DNA of 64,000 nucleotides, taken from positions 108,624,001 to 108,688,000 of the forward strand of contig JANJGN010000012.1 of assembly GCA_026770705.1 (NCBI GenBank), read 5' to 3'. The position numbers were made by a program, and so were the translations under genes. Below the pieces are notes generated by a model. It saw nothing but the letters and a program-made list of their open reading frames with translations, searched no databases and was not told the DNA's origin. Shown here in pieces: positions 24,807 through 37,657 of the stretch. The stretch is from Isurus oxyrinchus (taxonomy: Eukaryota). Each line of letters opens with the position of its first letter. Within the stretch, counting starts at the first letter, position 1.

Positions 24807-25451
24807 GGGCCTAAATTTCACCCACGACGATAGGGAAACAAACCACCCATCGCGATCGGCCACCAATTGCGATGTCACGCTGCCTGGCCAATTAATGGGT
24901 GAAAAAGTGTGCTGAAAAGCTCAGCACTGGCGGGGTGGGGGCGGGAAGAGGGCGGGTGATGACGTCTCTGTGACAAAGCTCCCTGAAGGCAGTCAGCTGC
25001 CTCTGGGAGCTGCAGGCCTGAAAATGCTCAACTAAAGGTTTCAAAAGCTGCAAAAAAAAACTGTCCATGCATCACAATCAATCACCTGAAAATATAGCTG
25101 ATAAAAACGCTGTCCACAGGATTTAAAAAAAAATTTATTCCAGAAGGAAAATTTTGTCCCGCCCTTGGACGAGGTTTGATGAAAAATGCAAAGTCTGCCT
25201 GGGCAATTCGCCCATCCGCCAACCATAAGGTTGAATGGGCCACGAAAAATCAGAGACAATTGAGCTGTTAATGGGCTTAATTGCCCTCTTAATTGTCAAC
25301 AGTTGCGCTTCTGACTTTTGTATGTGCCCGCCGAGGGAATTATTGCGCCAGTGCGCGTTGGCGCCAGGATGCTCACCCGACGTCTTCTTGCGCAATTTTA
25401 CACCCGATCGGGCCAGGTGCACGCCCGCCCATGGAACGTAAAGTTCTGCCC
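24807..25451. mobile_element. Harbinger MITE
   Basis: TIR gggcctaaattt / aaagttctgccc; internal blocks shared with 14071-14760 (ctccctgaaggcag, ggatgaggtttcatgaaaaatgcaaag). Confidence 0.8.
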
Positions 25452-26602
25452 ATAGAACATTAGAACATAAGAACAAGGAGCAGGAGTAGGCAATTCAGCC
25501 TCTCGAGCCTGCCCTGCCATTCAATACAATCATGGCTGATCTCATTTCGGCCTCAACTCCAATTTCCCACCTTCTCCCCACAACCTTTCAACCCATTACT
25601 AATTAAAAATCTGTCTATCTCCTCCTTAAATTTATTCAGCGTGCAGGCATCCACTGCACTCTGAGGTAGTGACTTCCACAGATTCACGGCCCTTTGAGAA
25701 AAGTAATTCCTCCTCATCTCTGATTTAAATCTACCACCACTTAGCCCAAAACTATGGCCTCTCGTTCTAGAATGCCCCACAAGGGGAAACATCTGCTCCA
25801 CGTCTACTCTGTCTATCCCCTTTAGCATCTTATATACCTCAATTAGATCTCCTCTCATCCTTCCAAACTTGAGCGTGTATAGGCCTAAACTGCTCAATCT
25901 CTCCTCATAAGACAAGCCCCGCATCTCTGGAATCAATCTAGTGAACCTCCTCTGAACCACCTCCAATGCAACTACATCCTTCCTCAAATAAGAGGACCAA
26001 AACTGTGCACAGTACTCCATCTGCAGTCTCACCAATGCCTTGGACAGTTGCAACAACACTTCCCTATTCTTATAATCTGTGCCTTTAGCAATAAATGCCA
26101 AAATTCCATTTGCCTTCCTTATTACCAGCTATACCTGCATACTAGCTTTCAGCAATTCATGCACCACACCCAGATCCCTCTGCACTAAAGCAATCTAAAG
26201 TTTCTCTCCATTTAAATAATAAGTCACCTTTTTATTCTTCTGACCAAAATGGATAACCTCACACTTATCCACGTTAAACTCCGTCTGCCAAATTTTGGCC
26301 CATTCACATAACCTGTCCATATCATTTGTAACTTTCTTATTTCTTCATTGCAATTTACTTCTCCACCTATTTTGGTGTCATCTGCAAATTTAGCTATAGT
26401 ACCTTCGATCCCTGAATCCAAGTCATTAATATAGATTGTAAATAGTTGGGGCCCAAGGGCTGAACCCTGTGGCACCCCACCAGTTACAGTTTGCCATTCA
26501 GAAAAGGACCCATTTATCCCAACTCTCTGCTTTCTGCTGGTTAGCCAATCCTTTATCCAAGCTAATATATTACCCCTAACTCCGTGTGATCTTATCTTGT
26601 GC
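25452..26602 (-). mobile_element. CR1 LINE 3' fragment (relatively young)
   Basis: PQGSALGPQLF, KFADDTK, 182-aa open RT C-terminal ORF, tagaacat-type tail. Confidence 0.95.
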
Positions 26603-27403
26603 TACTGAAGACCAGTCACCACTAATCCACGCATCCTCCAATGAATTGGAGCAGCTGCCATTGGCCATAGAACACAGGATTGCCTTATCCTGCTCTCTTT
26701 CGTCCTTGCGGGAGAAAAAGGCCCATAATGCCCAAGTGTGGACAAACAGGTGGATGTGTCTGTACCTTCGCATTATTATACAAAAATGGAAGAGGGCATG
26801 ATGGAAATAGCCAGGATTGCAGACCATGCTGAAATGGGTACCCATGGTGGAGATGGTGATTGGAGAAGGTAATGGGCTCTTTAAGTTGATACATTATACT
26901 CCGAACATTCAGTTATAATGGGATGATGCAACACTTCTGCTCATCAGACTAGCTCTCATAATCTCTTCTTGTGGCTCCCACAGGTGCAACTATCCATCCA
27001 AGCAGACCTTTTGCCTCTCCATTACTGGGCCAAGATGACCAGCAAAATACCAAACAAGGACCATCACACCTTACAAGCACACCGTCCATTGGCACTGATA
27101 CACTCATCTTTTTGGGTCCCTGCACCCGTTTAGATATAGTGGCATCGGGTGAGGAGCATGGCACAGTGAGCAGGAAGAGATGCCAGGGACATGGAGAGCT
27201 GTGGGCAGTTTGCCTTGGAGGATGGACAGCACACACAGCTGGGCACAGATTCAGAGGTGCAGAGCTTCAGGAAATGAGACTCTGCCTTGAACAGCAGCAA
27301 TAAACGTGCTGTCACATGTCAGAGTTCCCTGAGGCAATGTGGTTCTTGGGCTTGGGATGGAAGAGTTAATTCAGCTTCTGTGAGCCACAATGGCTCAGGG
27401 CTT

Positions 27404-30284
27404 TTTTTTTAATTAATGGGATAATGACGTCCTGGCTGGGTCAGCATTTATTGCCCATCCCTAATTGCCCTGAGAAGGCAGTGGTGAGCTGCCTTCTTGA
27501 ACTGCTGCAGTCCATGTGGTGTAGGTACACCCACAGTGCTGTTAGGGAGGGAGTTCCAGGATTTTGACGCAGTGACAGTGAAGGAACAGCGATATATTTC
27601 CAAGTCAGGATGATGTGTGACTTTCAGGGGAACTTGTAGACGGCGGTGTTCCCATGCGTCTGCTGCCCTTGTCCTTCTAGATGGCAGTGGTTGTGGGTTT
27701 GGAAGGTGCTGCCTGTGGAGCCTTGGTGAGCTCCTGCAGTGGATCTTGTTGATGGTACACAGTGCTGCCACTGTGCACTGGTGGTGGAGGGATGAGTGTT
27801 CATGGATGGGGTGCCAATCAAGTGGGTCCTGCTTTGTCCTGGACGGTGTCAAGCTCCTTGAGTGTACTGGGAGCTGCACTCATCCAGGCAAGTGGAGAGT
27901 ATTCCATCACACTCCTGACTTGCCTTATAGATGGTGAACAGGCTTTGGAGAGTCAGGAGGTGAGTTACCTGCTGCAGGATTCCTAACCTCTGATCTGTTC
28001 ATGTAGCCACAATAGTTATATGGCTGGTCCAGTTCAGTTTTTGGTCAATGGTAACTCCCTGGATGTTGATAGTGGGGGATTCAGCGATGGTAATGCCATT
28101 GACTGTCAAGGGGCAATGGTTAGATTCTTTCTTGGTGGAGATGGTCATTGCCTGACACTTGTGTGACGCAAATGAAACTTGCCCCTTGTCAGAACAAGAC
28201 TGGGTATTGTCCAGGTCTTGTTGCATTTCGGCATGGACAGCTTCAGTGTCTGAGGAGTTGCAAATGGTGCTGAACATTGTGCAATCATCAGCTAACATCG
28301 CACTTCTGACTTTATGATGGAAGGAAGGTCATTGATGAAGCAGCTGAAGATGGTTGAGCCGAGGACACTACCCTGAGGAACTCCTGCAGTGATGTCCTGG
28401 AGCTGAGATGTTTGACCTCCAACAACCACAACCATCTTCCTTTGTGTTAAGTATGACTCCAACCAGTAGAGAGATTTCCACCTGATTCCCATTGACTCCA
28501 GTTTTGCTAGGGCTCCCTGATGCCACACTGGGTAAAATGCTGCCTTGATGTCAAGGACAGTCACTCTCATGATACCTCTGGAGTTCAGCTCTTGTTGGAA
28601 CCAAGGTCAGGAGCTGAGTGACCCCAGCAGAGCCCAAACTGACTGTCAGTGAGCAGATTATTGCTAAGCAAGTGCTGCTTAATAGCGCTATTGATGACCC
28701 CTTCCATCACTTTACTCATGATCAAGAGTAGACTGATGGGACAGTAATTGGCCGGATTAGATTTGTCCTGCATTTTGTGTACAGGATATCACTGGACATA
28801 TTTCCACAATGCCAGGTAAATGCCTGTGCTGTAGCTGTCGTGGAACAGCTTGGCAAGTAGTGTGGCAAGTTCTGAAGAGCAAGTCTTCGGTACTATTGCC
28901 GGAATATTGTTAGGACCCAGAGCCTTTGCAATATCCAGTACCTTCAGCAGTTTCTTGATATCATTTCTTGACATGAAGTGAATCAAATTGGCTGAAGACT
29001 GGCATCTGTGATGCTGGGAACCTCTGGAAGAGGCCAAGATCATCCATTCAGCACTTCTGGCTGAAGATTGGTGCAAATGCTTCAGCCTTGTCTTTTGCAC
29101 TGATGTGCTGGGCTCTCCCATCATTGAGGATGGGGATATTTGTGTGGAGCCTCCTCTTCCAGTGAGTTGTTTAATTCTCCACCACCAGTCACAATTGGAT
29201 GTGGCAGTACTGTAGAGCTTAGATTTGATCCGTTGGTTGTGAAATCACTTAGCTCTATCACTTGCTGCTTGTGCTGTTTGGCACACAGGTAGTCCTGTGC
29301 TGTAGGTTCACCAGGTTGACACCTCATTTTAGGTATGCCTGATGCTGCTCCTGGCATGCCCTCCTAAACTCTTCATTGAACCGGGGTTGATCCCCTGACC
29401 TGATGGTAATGGTAGAGTGGGTATATACCAGGCCACGAGGTTACAGATTGTGTTGGAGCACAGTTCTGCTGCTGCTAATGGCCCACAGTGCCTCATGGTT
29501 GCCCAGTCTTGAATTGCTAGATCTGTTCAAAATCTACCCCATTTAGCACGGTGGTGACGGCACACAACACAATGGAGGGTATCCTCAATGTGAAGACAGG
29601 ACGGTGCAATGGTCTCTCCTATCAATACTATCTTGGACAGATCCATCTGCAGCAGGCAGGATGAGGTCAAGTATCTTTTCCCTCCTGTTGGTTCCCTCAC
29701 CACCTGCTGCAGATCCAGTCTAGCAGCTGTGTCCTTTAGGACTCAGCCAGCTCGGTCAGTAGCGGGCTACCAGGCAATTCTTGTTGATGGACATTGAAGT
29801 CCCTCACCAAGACTGCATTCTGTGCCCTTGCCACCCTTAGTGCTTCTTCCAAGTGGTGTTCGTCATGGAGAAGTACTGATTCATCAGCTGAAAGGGAACG
29901 GTATGTGGTAACATGCAGGAGGTTTCCTTGCCATGCTTGACCTGATGACTTCATGGGGTCCAGAGTCAACGTTGAGGAATCCCAGGGCAACTCCCTCCCA
30001 ACTATACATCACTGCGTCGCCACCTCTGTCCCATCGGCAGGACAGACCCTGAAGTCACATGTAGGCCAGACCAGGTAAGGACGGCAGATCTCCTTCCCTA
30101 AAGGACATTACCAAATGGATTGACAATGGCTTTTTGATCATCATTAGACTTTTAATTCCAGCTATTTACGGAATTCAAATCCTATCATCTGCCACGGTGG
30201 GATTCAAACCCAAGTTCTCAGATCATTACCCTAGGTCTCTGGATTGCTAGTCCAGTGACAACACCACTATGCCATCACCTCCCC
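27404..30284 (-). mobile_element. HER1-like LINE with tRNA-derived head
   Basis: LDIKAAF, VPQGSVLG, LADDCT; head ggggaggtgaTGGCATAGTGG..GGTTTGAATCC (A/B boxes). Confidence 0.88.
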
Positions 30285-30839
30285 TGATGCTCTGAGCTTA
30301 TCAAGTTCTCCATGGAAAGAATGACCACCCTCATGGAGAATAATATGTGATGGCACTTAGAGTGCCTGCTGCAACTGCGCACTGACTTACACAATATGCA
30401 TGAGGTGCTGGGTAGCATGGAATGGCCAATGGTGCTGATGGCACAGGAACATCTAGATGGCAGTTACGACCCTGCAATGATTCAGATGCAGCAGCCTCTC
30501 GAGATGCTCCTATGCACACCTCAATGATGAGGATGACCACCAAATGCATCTCAGCCAGAAGCTGAACCGAGTGAGCAGGCTGCCTCCATCTCCTCCCAGG
30601 CCACAGGGGGAGCATATGTGAGACTCCTTTTAATCATAGCTGGATAAGGAAAGAGGCTTGAGGTGGTAAAGGAGATCCTCAATGGTGACTGCAAAACCTC
30701 TGGGCAGGTCAACATCCTTCATTGACGGTAAAAGTTAACATGTTCCAGGCTGCGTCTTCAACTGAAATGTTAGCACAGACACATCAAAGTTCCATTCATA
30801 ATGGGTCACAAGGACTCAATTAAAACATTCCTGAATCAG

Positions 30840-31965
30840 ATGATCTCTAATATTCATGGCATCCTGACAAGAAATTTGAGCTCCGTGTTAGAGCTGACCA
30901 CTTCCCTGTGCAGCCAGGGCACCTCGGTGTTCTAAATTTTCCCCATTCACCTTCCTCCTCCTATTCCATGCCCTGCTCCTCATCATCTTCCCCCTCTTCC
31001 TTGCCCTGCTCCTCGTCTTCCTCTTTCCCTTTCATGCCCTGCTCCTCCTCTTCCTCCAATTCATTGTTGCTTTCCAGGGCCTTACTGTCCTCAAGGTCCA
31101 CACCTTTTTGGAGGGCCAAATGATGGGGAGTGCAGCAGGCCACCATAACACACAAGATCCTTGCAGGTGTGTATTGCAGGACACAACCTGCTCTGTCCAG
31201 GCACCAGAAACGCATCTTCAGAGGTCTTACGGCCTGCTCAATGGTAGTCTTGATGAGTAGATGGCTTTGGTTGTATCGCCTCTGTCTGGGGTTCTCAACG
31301 AGTGTCACGTCTTCAAGTCCTGGTCCCCTAGGATCTATCCACAGACTTTGAGGGTTCAAGTGAAGAGCTGCAGCATCCTCGTCTGCCAGAGAATGAAGGA
31401 GTCATGGTAACTGCCAGGAAAGCGAGTGCACACTTGGAGGAATCTCTTGTTGCAATTGCAAACCAGTTGGACATTGAGAGAATGGTAGCCCTTCCATAAA
31501 TCTGGTTGGCTGGTTACTGGATGCCTTGATGGATACATGGGTGCAATCAATGATGCTCTGCACATTGGAGAATGCAACAGTGGACACAAATCCCACTGCC
31601 CTCTGTTCCTGCAAAGCCGGGTCTGTGAATTGAATTAATTACTCAGCTTTTGCAAAAAGGTTAAAAGTGACCTGTGAGATGCAGTATTGTGCAGCCATTG
31701 GCGAGATACAACCAAGGTCCACAGCTGATCCTTGGGAGTCAGAACCAAAGAAATTTAAGCTCACAGTGTCTTTGATGGCCACTAGTACGGTATGAAGCCC
31801 AGTGTTGCGAGCTGCGAGGTCTTCGGAGACAAGGGTACAGATCTCTGTGACCATATGCCTGGATGGAGAGTCACAGTCTCCTGTGGCAAAAGGTCTCGTC
31901 GTCTCAACGTGACTCTGTTTTCGCTGGTGGAACCTATGGTCTGTTGTTTTCCTGCCTCTCACCAT
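30840..31965 (-). pseudogene. HARBI1-like PIF/Harbinger DDE transposase remnant
   Basis: NVQSIIDCTHVSI, KGYHSLNVQLVC, FPGSYHDSFIL, TIEQAVRPLKMRFWCLD, QYTP..VACCTPHH, acidic tail; frameshifted. Confidence 0.9.
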
Positions 31966-33374
31966 CTCCTCTGCACTTTCAATGCCCAGGGCTCTGGCCT
32001 TCCTGAGAGGTGTAATGCCTTTATCACCACTGGGCCCAAAGTCTGACAGTCATTGCTTCCGCTCACAGCTACTGCCTTCCTTGTGCTTAGAGGTCCCCCA
32101 CAAAAATTGCCTCCTACTCATGCCGCTGCCCTGCACTGCCCAAGCACTGACAACCAATTCTTCTTGCTACCGTGCTAAGCCTAGGACACCTGTCTCCCAG
32201 TGGACAAGCCCCCCTTTCACAGGTCCCAGCTAATTCTCTGATGCGACATGACTGGCTCCTCACTGTGTGCCTTGATGCTGTAGACCATACATGCAGCCTG
32301 TGTGACCCCAGTGAAAATCTCAACATCCTCCTTAATGAGCTCTTTTATGAGTTCCTTAAGAAGAAGTGGTGTGCATGACATCAATCTCGTTGCTAATTAT
32401 TACAATGTCCCTCATACTCAATATTATTGTGACAACAATGCTATATGGTCTGTTGCATCTCCCAAATCAAAAAATACAAAGTCTAACATGTTTTCATGAA
32501 GATATAAATCCTTCAAACAACAGAATTCATATTTGCTCACTACAAGGTTGTGGCACTAAATGTTGTCACAGGTTCATCATTAATACACTCCTCCTTCAGG
32601 TACCATGCCTAAGTGAATGCTGGCAACCATGCTCTTCCATTGAATTGGTCTGTGATTATGCTTGGCAAAGTATTGCAGCTGTTTGCCATTGCCTTCTGTG
32701 GTTTAGCTGACCAACTCTCCCACTCTTTACCACCTGCCATCAGGCTTTTTGGAAGGATTTGCGGGCTGATAATCAACCTTTTTGTCCACATTATGAATGC
32801 ACCTTCCATGGCCATTAAGTCTTGAAGTGGGTCTTGAGCCCAGAGCTTCTGGCCCAGAGATGGGGTCAATACCACTATGCTACAAGACCTCCATATTAAT
32901 AGAACACATTAGATTAACCCAATTATCCCATCCACTATATTATGATTACAGCTGTGACTGCAAAACAAGAAATTAAACATTACTCACAAGTAATGAGTGA
33001 ATGGGCTAAATGGCAAATAGTCTCAATAGCCCACAAGTTGTACCCACCAGCCTAACACACCAATTTATTTTTGTTGGTCTTGCTGCTAAGTAAATCACTA
33101 TAGTACATTTAATGAAATTACAATCCCAGCTCCTTGTGGACAAAGTACAGGTCAGAAATCTAGGCCCAAAGGTCAGCACACTTTGCACAATTTTTTTTGA
33201 CCGTAATCAACTGAAAACTAAATGGGAAATGCTGACTTCCAAACCTGAAATCTACATTCACACAAAAGAAACTGTCTCAAAAGTTTTCATTGTTACTCAG
33301 ATGTAACTTAACACAACACCAAAGTGTCTTGAATTTCTATTATAATTTTGTGATTAAATTTGCTTGTGAGAACT

Positions 33375-33470
33375 CTCCAATGACTCAGTGATAAATGGTC
33401 ATATGGAACAGACTGTTTAAGTTTCAATTCCTGATCTATGCTCAGTCAGTTGACTTCAGCCATTGAAACG
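33375..33470 (+). repeat. Old tRNA-derived SINE fragment (LF-SINE-like)
   Basis: tgactcagtg..gtttcaattcctgatctatgctcagtcagttgacttcagcc; degraded. Confidence 0.35.
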
Positions 33471-34150
33471 TTTGAAGAGTTACAACCGGCTGAATACCCT
33501 TGTGTAGAAAAGCAAAATCTACCAATGATTCATGCTCGGAATTGGATGTTGGATGATAAAGTACTGAATTTGGCTATGACACCCACATCAGAGTGGCCAC
33601 TTCCATAAAATCTGAGAGGACGTTCACCACTACGGAAGCATGCCAATGATAACTTATCACAATCAGGAGGGCAGGATATAGGACGGAAAAAGTAAATGCA
33701 CCAATGGTAAAATAGCGTTACAACAGAAAATGGTGGGAAATATGCACCTTAATTCCCAATCTGTACCCTACTGAAAGCAAAATTTCATAAAATCAACCTT
33801 TAAAGTACAGCCAAGATATTGTTGGGGACACTGGAGGGACCAAAATATGAATGGAGAGGACAGATCCCAGGGGATTATTCAGGGAATTCATAAGGGAGCT
33901 TCACTAAGGAAGAAATCACCTACATATAATACATGTTTAGGGAGCTCCACTGGTGACTGTTAACATAACAATTATATTTTAAATGCTGTAGCTGTATTAT
34001 TTGATCTAAATGGACTTCATACTGTTCTAACTAAAATACTTTGATACAACTTGTGCTAGTGTGAGCTTCATTAAATTCTTCGTGTACTGATTTTTTTTTA
34101 CTTTGAATGGGATAAAACAAAGCCAGAATACATTATACAAAGGAACTTAC

Positions 34151-34297
34151 ATGTAGATTGAAGAACAGAAACTGCAGGTCCTTCCATGTCTTGCAGGCGT
34201 GTGTACACAGTAATCTTATAGTGAGTATTGGGAAAGAGCAGCCTGAAACAATACTTGTCTATTCCTGCTTGCAAAGTGCTTTCCTGTGTCTTTCCAT
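34151..34297 (-). CDS. COL14A1: FACIT collagen exon, Cys-containing FN3 second half
   Basis: Acceptor ttacag, donor GTAAGT; 147 nt. Encodes DGKTQESTLQAGIDKYCFRLLFPNTHYKITVYTRLQDMEGPAVSVLQST (cf. COL14 QEST..HCF..YKISVYTKLQEIEGPSVS). Confidence 0.9.
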
Positions 34298-34454
34298 CTG
34301 TAATTGAACAGAGAAGATATTAAAGATAAAGATGCTGTTTGCCATGGTGAATTAGTTTGTGTTGTAATTTTCAGTTTCTGATGGGTATCAATTTATAAAT
34401 ATCCATCAGAGGAATTACAATGATAAATACTGTGGAAATGCCACAGTAGCTAAA

Positions 34455-35500
34455 GATGTCACTTGTCATTTCAATTCTCCACCTTGCGCCCACTCTGACC
34501 TTCCTGTCCTTGGTCTGCTAGTGTTCCAATGAAGCTCAACAAAAACTCGAGGGCCTCATCTTTCAATTTTGCGCTCTACAGCCTTCTAGACTCAACATTG
34601 ACATCAACAATTTTAGATTATGGGGCAGGATTTTTCAGTTGGTGGGAAAATCAGGCTGGGCAGGTACAGCCCTTAAGTAGTCATGAATTGCCCACTTAAG
34701 GGTCTCAACAGGGCAAGAGTGGGCAGGCCGGCCTAGGCCTCGCCCATCCCGCCATAAAATTGTGGAGAGGTTGAGGCGGACAGGAGGACAATGGGAAGGC
34801 CATCCAGGAAATTTTATGGCACCCCCCCCCAAAAAACCACCTGTAAACCCGCTGGTGGGGAGGGTAATATTCAGTCCATTATCTCTGCCTCTATTTTGTT
34901 TCTTTTTTTTTTGCTGGTTCAGTTTTGTCTCATTTTTTTCTTTATCCTTTCACATTGCATTCAGGCAGCTATTGTGCAACCATTCACACCTCATATGGAC
35001 ACATCTTTTGTTTCTTTATTATACCCATTACACTCCCTTTGGATTTTGTACCATAAAACCTTTTGTCATTTAATCCCTCCTGCCTGCCACTCACTTGTGT
35101 TTTATGTCTTGGAGATATGCAGAAATGATACCAGTCTCTATGTCCAAACAGCAGCTTTATGACAGTGCTCTTAAAATGTCTGCACTCTCATGCCTCCAGC
35201 TGTTTTCTTTCAGTTTGCTTTCTGGTTCTCTCTGTAACTGCACCCAGACATGATTAAAAGCAAATAGAGGACAGTCAACAGACACACACAGTGAATCATC
35301 AAACAATTGAATTACTACACGCCCTATCATAGATCTTCCATTTTGTCTTTCATCCCCCCTTCCCGTTGCTCTAAATCTCTTTCATTTCTATCTTTCCTCA
35401 GTTCTGACGAAGGGTCATTGACCTGAAATATTAATTGTTTCTCTGCTCAGATGCTGGCTGACCTGCTGAGTGTTTCCAGCATTTTCTGCATCTATTCCTG
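34455..35500 (+). mobile_element. Penelope 3' end (GIY-YIG C-terminus + pLTR), with a small MITE at 34623-34877
   Basis: HFNSPPCAHSDLPVLGLL..NEAQQKLE..LIFQFCALQPSRLNIDINNFR, followed downstream by the same pLTR motif as the short elements. Confidence 0.7.
35400..35436 (+). ncRNA. Minimal type I hammerhead ribozyme-like motif (probably decayed)
   Basis: agtt CTGACGA a gggtc att gacct GAAA tatt aatt: conserved core and stem II present; stem III mutated. Confidence 0.5.
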
Positions 35501-37053
35501 GTGAAGGAAAGGGCGCTCTTCAGAGACCAGGCTCTTCTCAAGCTAAAGCACTTTGTAACGGGAATTGTAGCATGACTGTCTAATCAGAATTTCACTCCAA
35601 GCATTATTCTTTTGGCTTAAGAATTCAGTTGTCATTTACTTTAACAACAAACAGACACAGCTTTAAGATAATGGCCCTGACATTTAGGGGAGGTGAGGAG
35701 GTAACAGGAATGTGTGATTTCAATCTGGGATCCTGGAAATGACAGGTCCTGTTGAACATAAAGGCAGAACTCAACAGAATTTTATTTATCGTGCTTCCCT
35801 GTTTGGCAGCTGACCAGATTTGGAGGCTGTCAAGCTGCTGAGCAGGAGAGTCAATGGAAGAAAGCCACAGCTGGGCACAATCCCAGCAATTGGAGAAGAT
35901 CAGAGGTTTGGGTGGGAGAGGGGAGTGGTGGGGGGTGGGGGTGTGGTTCTTGGAGCATTGCAACAAGAAGGAAGGGAGGGAGAAACTGTGGAGAGGGAGA
36001 AATCGTCAGGGATCTAAAGGTTATGGCAGAAGATTTTCTTGAGGAGCCAGGGGAAGGACTCCTGCTCCTTACGGCCCACAAGTGTTATTCTAAAAGGAAG
36101 CACATTATGGCTAGATGTGGAACCTCCTGCCACCCGTCAGCTACTAGATGCAGGGATATTCAGTCTGCAGCTGTTAAATTCAAATGCCTCAAAATTCTGG
36201 ATGACAGGTCAACGACCTGAAACATTAACTCCATTTCTCTCTGCACAGATGCTGCCAGACCTGCTGAATGTTTCCAGAATTTTCTGCCTTTATTCCAGTG
36301 AGTTTCTATCCCATTTATAATAAGCTGCTAATCCTGACTGAGGACTGGGAGGTGGCAGCAATTTGGGGGAGGGTGTGTGATGACATTTTCAGAATCTGTA
36401 AAGAATCCCACTAGATGCATCCCTGATTGGCCCAGTGAGGCTTGCTGAGAGCAGGATTAGGTCCTATTCCATGCCAAGTGAAGGTAAAGTTAAAAAGGTG
36501 AACAGTGATCAATTCCAGAAAGATCTACTGCCATTGAAACAAAAGCCTACCAAAGTGGGATCCTGAAGAATATTTTAATTTTCCTCTCTTTGCCACTTTG
36601 TCCTGAGGGGCCTCTTATACCCATTCTCAGAAAAATGGGTTCCTCTACCTCTGTAAAGCAGCTGCCACACTTGTACTTCTATTGGCGCAAGTACCTGTCC
36701 CTATTGCTTAAATGGGCCCATCCCAAGGATGTGGTACATGTCAACTGGCAAGTAAATGAGGCAGTGGAGTGGCAGTGTTGGAGGAGAAGAAAGTTCCAAC
36801 CTAGTCCACTTCCAATGGTGCAGTATTGTTGTGCAATATCTCCTCTCATGTGGTTAAACTTCTGCAGAAGAGAAATCTCCAACTCTTTGTGGATCAAATG
36901 TTGCAAACGCATCCACTTTCAACAATATGTATAGATTTACAACAAAAAACAGTTAACGAGGTAAAGAAATGTGTTTGGAAAATATTTCAGACAGAAAAAT
37001 TAAAAACAAGTTTCAATTTGAACATTTCCAGTGAATTCTCTGAGCAAATGTAC

Positions 37054-37170
37054 CTTTCATTGACTTTAAGACAATCCTGAAGGCTGAGGCTGCGGGGTGT
37101 CCTTCCCACTTGGCACACATAGTGGTCAACTGGACCTGATAGGTACTAAGATCAGTTACATTCAAGTACA
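37054..37170 (-). CDS. COL14A1: FACIT collagen exon, Cys-containing FN3 first half
   Basis: Acceptor ttttgcag, donor GTACAT; 117 nt. Encodes LYLNVTDLSTYQVQLTTMCAKWEGHPAASAFRIVLKSMK (cf. COL12 LYLNVTDL, COL14 TSLCAHW). Confidence 0.88.
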
Positions 37171-37506
37171 CTGCAAAACAAAACATCCAATTTAGGTGGT
37201 TAGATACTGACCTCAAAGAGCAAACAATCAGCATGGACAGTCTGCGTCCAGTGCAAGATAGCAGTATTCTAGCATTTGTATGATAAATAGGATTAGTTGA
37301 ATTGTAATTGTAGAGGAATGTGTTAAGATTCCAACTATAGATTTAATTTTACTCGTGTTGTCATAATCCCAATTTCAGTGCAATTCATCTATTAAATGCA
37401 AAATATTTATGGATGTAGCTCTCACCATCAACACTTGGGCAGTAAACTGGCAGAGCAGGTTCTCTGCCTGTCATAAAACTTGTCTGATTCTCTTTGAGAT
37501 AAGAAT

Positions 37507-37640
37507 TGAGTGGTGTGATATCTTGCAAGACAACAAGCGACTGTGTGTAGTACATGGAGTTCAAGTACCCAACTGAACTGATTTATTCTGGTTTACTTAT
37601 GTACATACACACACAAATGCCATAAGTGGATGCTATTACA
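37507..37640 (-). mobile_element. Solo Gypsy-type LTR
   Basis: TG..CA on minus strand; homologous to the split LTR at 39539-39575 + 42313-42411. No TSD seen. Confidence 0.6.
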
Positions 37641-37657
37641 TGCCTCCCTCCCTAAAC

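Larger units (their letters stand above)
24439..27310 (+). pseudogene. Harbinger Myb/SANT-like DNA-binding protein remnant, split
   Basis: ATPRFSDTSLEAV..IAANVRSVVRRSWIRCSIRFD, then EKKAHNA at ~26712. Confidence 0.6.
24232..32327. mobile_element. Decayed PIF/Harbinger transposon (Myb/SANT gene +, transposase -) with nested MITE and LINEs
   Basis: Left end gggttggattttcattg, right end cagtgaaaatctcaac; both diagnostic genes present in convergent orientation. Boundaries approximate. Confidence 0.65.

Noticed and set aside
30840-31965. Domesticated HARBI1 gene
   Set aside because: Frameshifts and stops; sits in a TE-like unit with a Myb partner.
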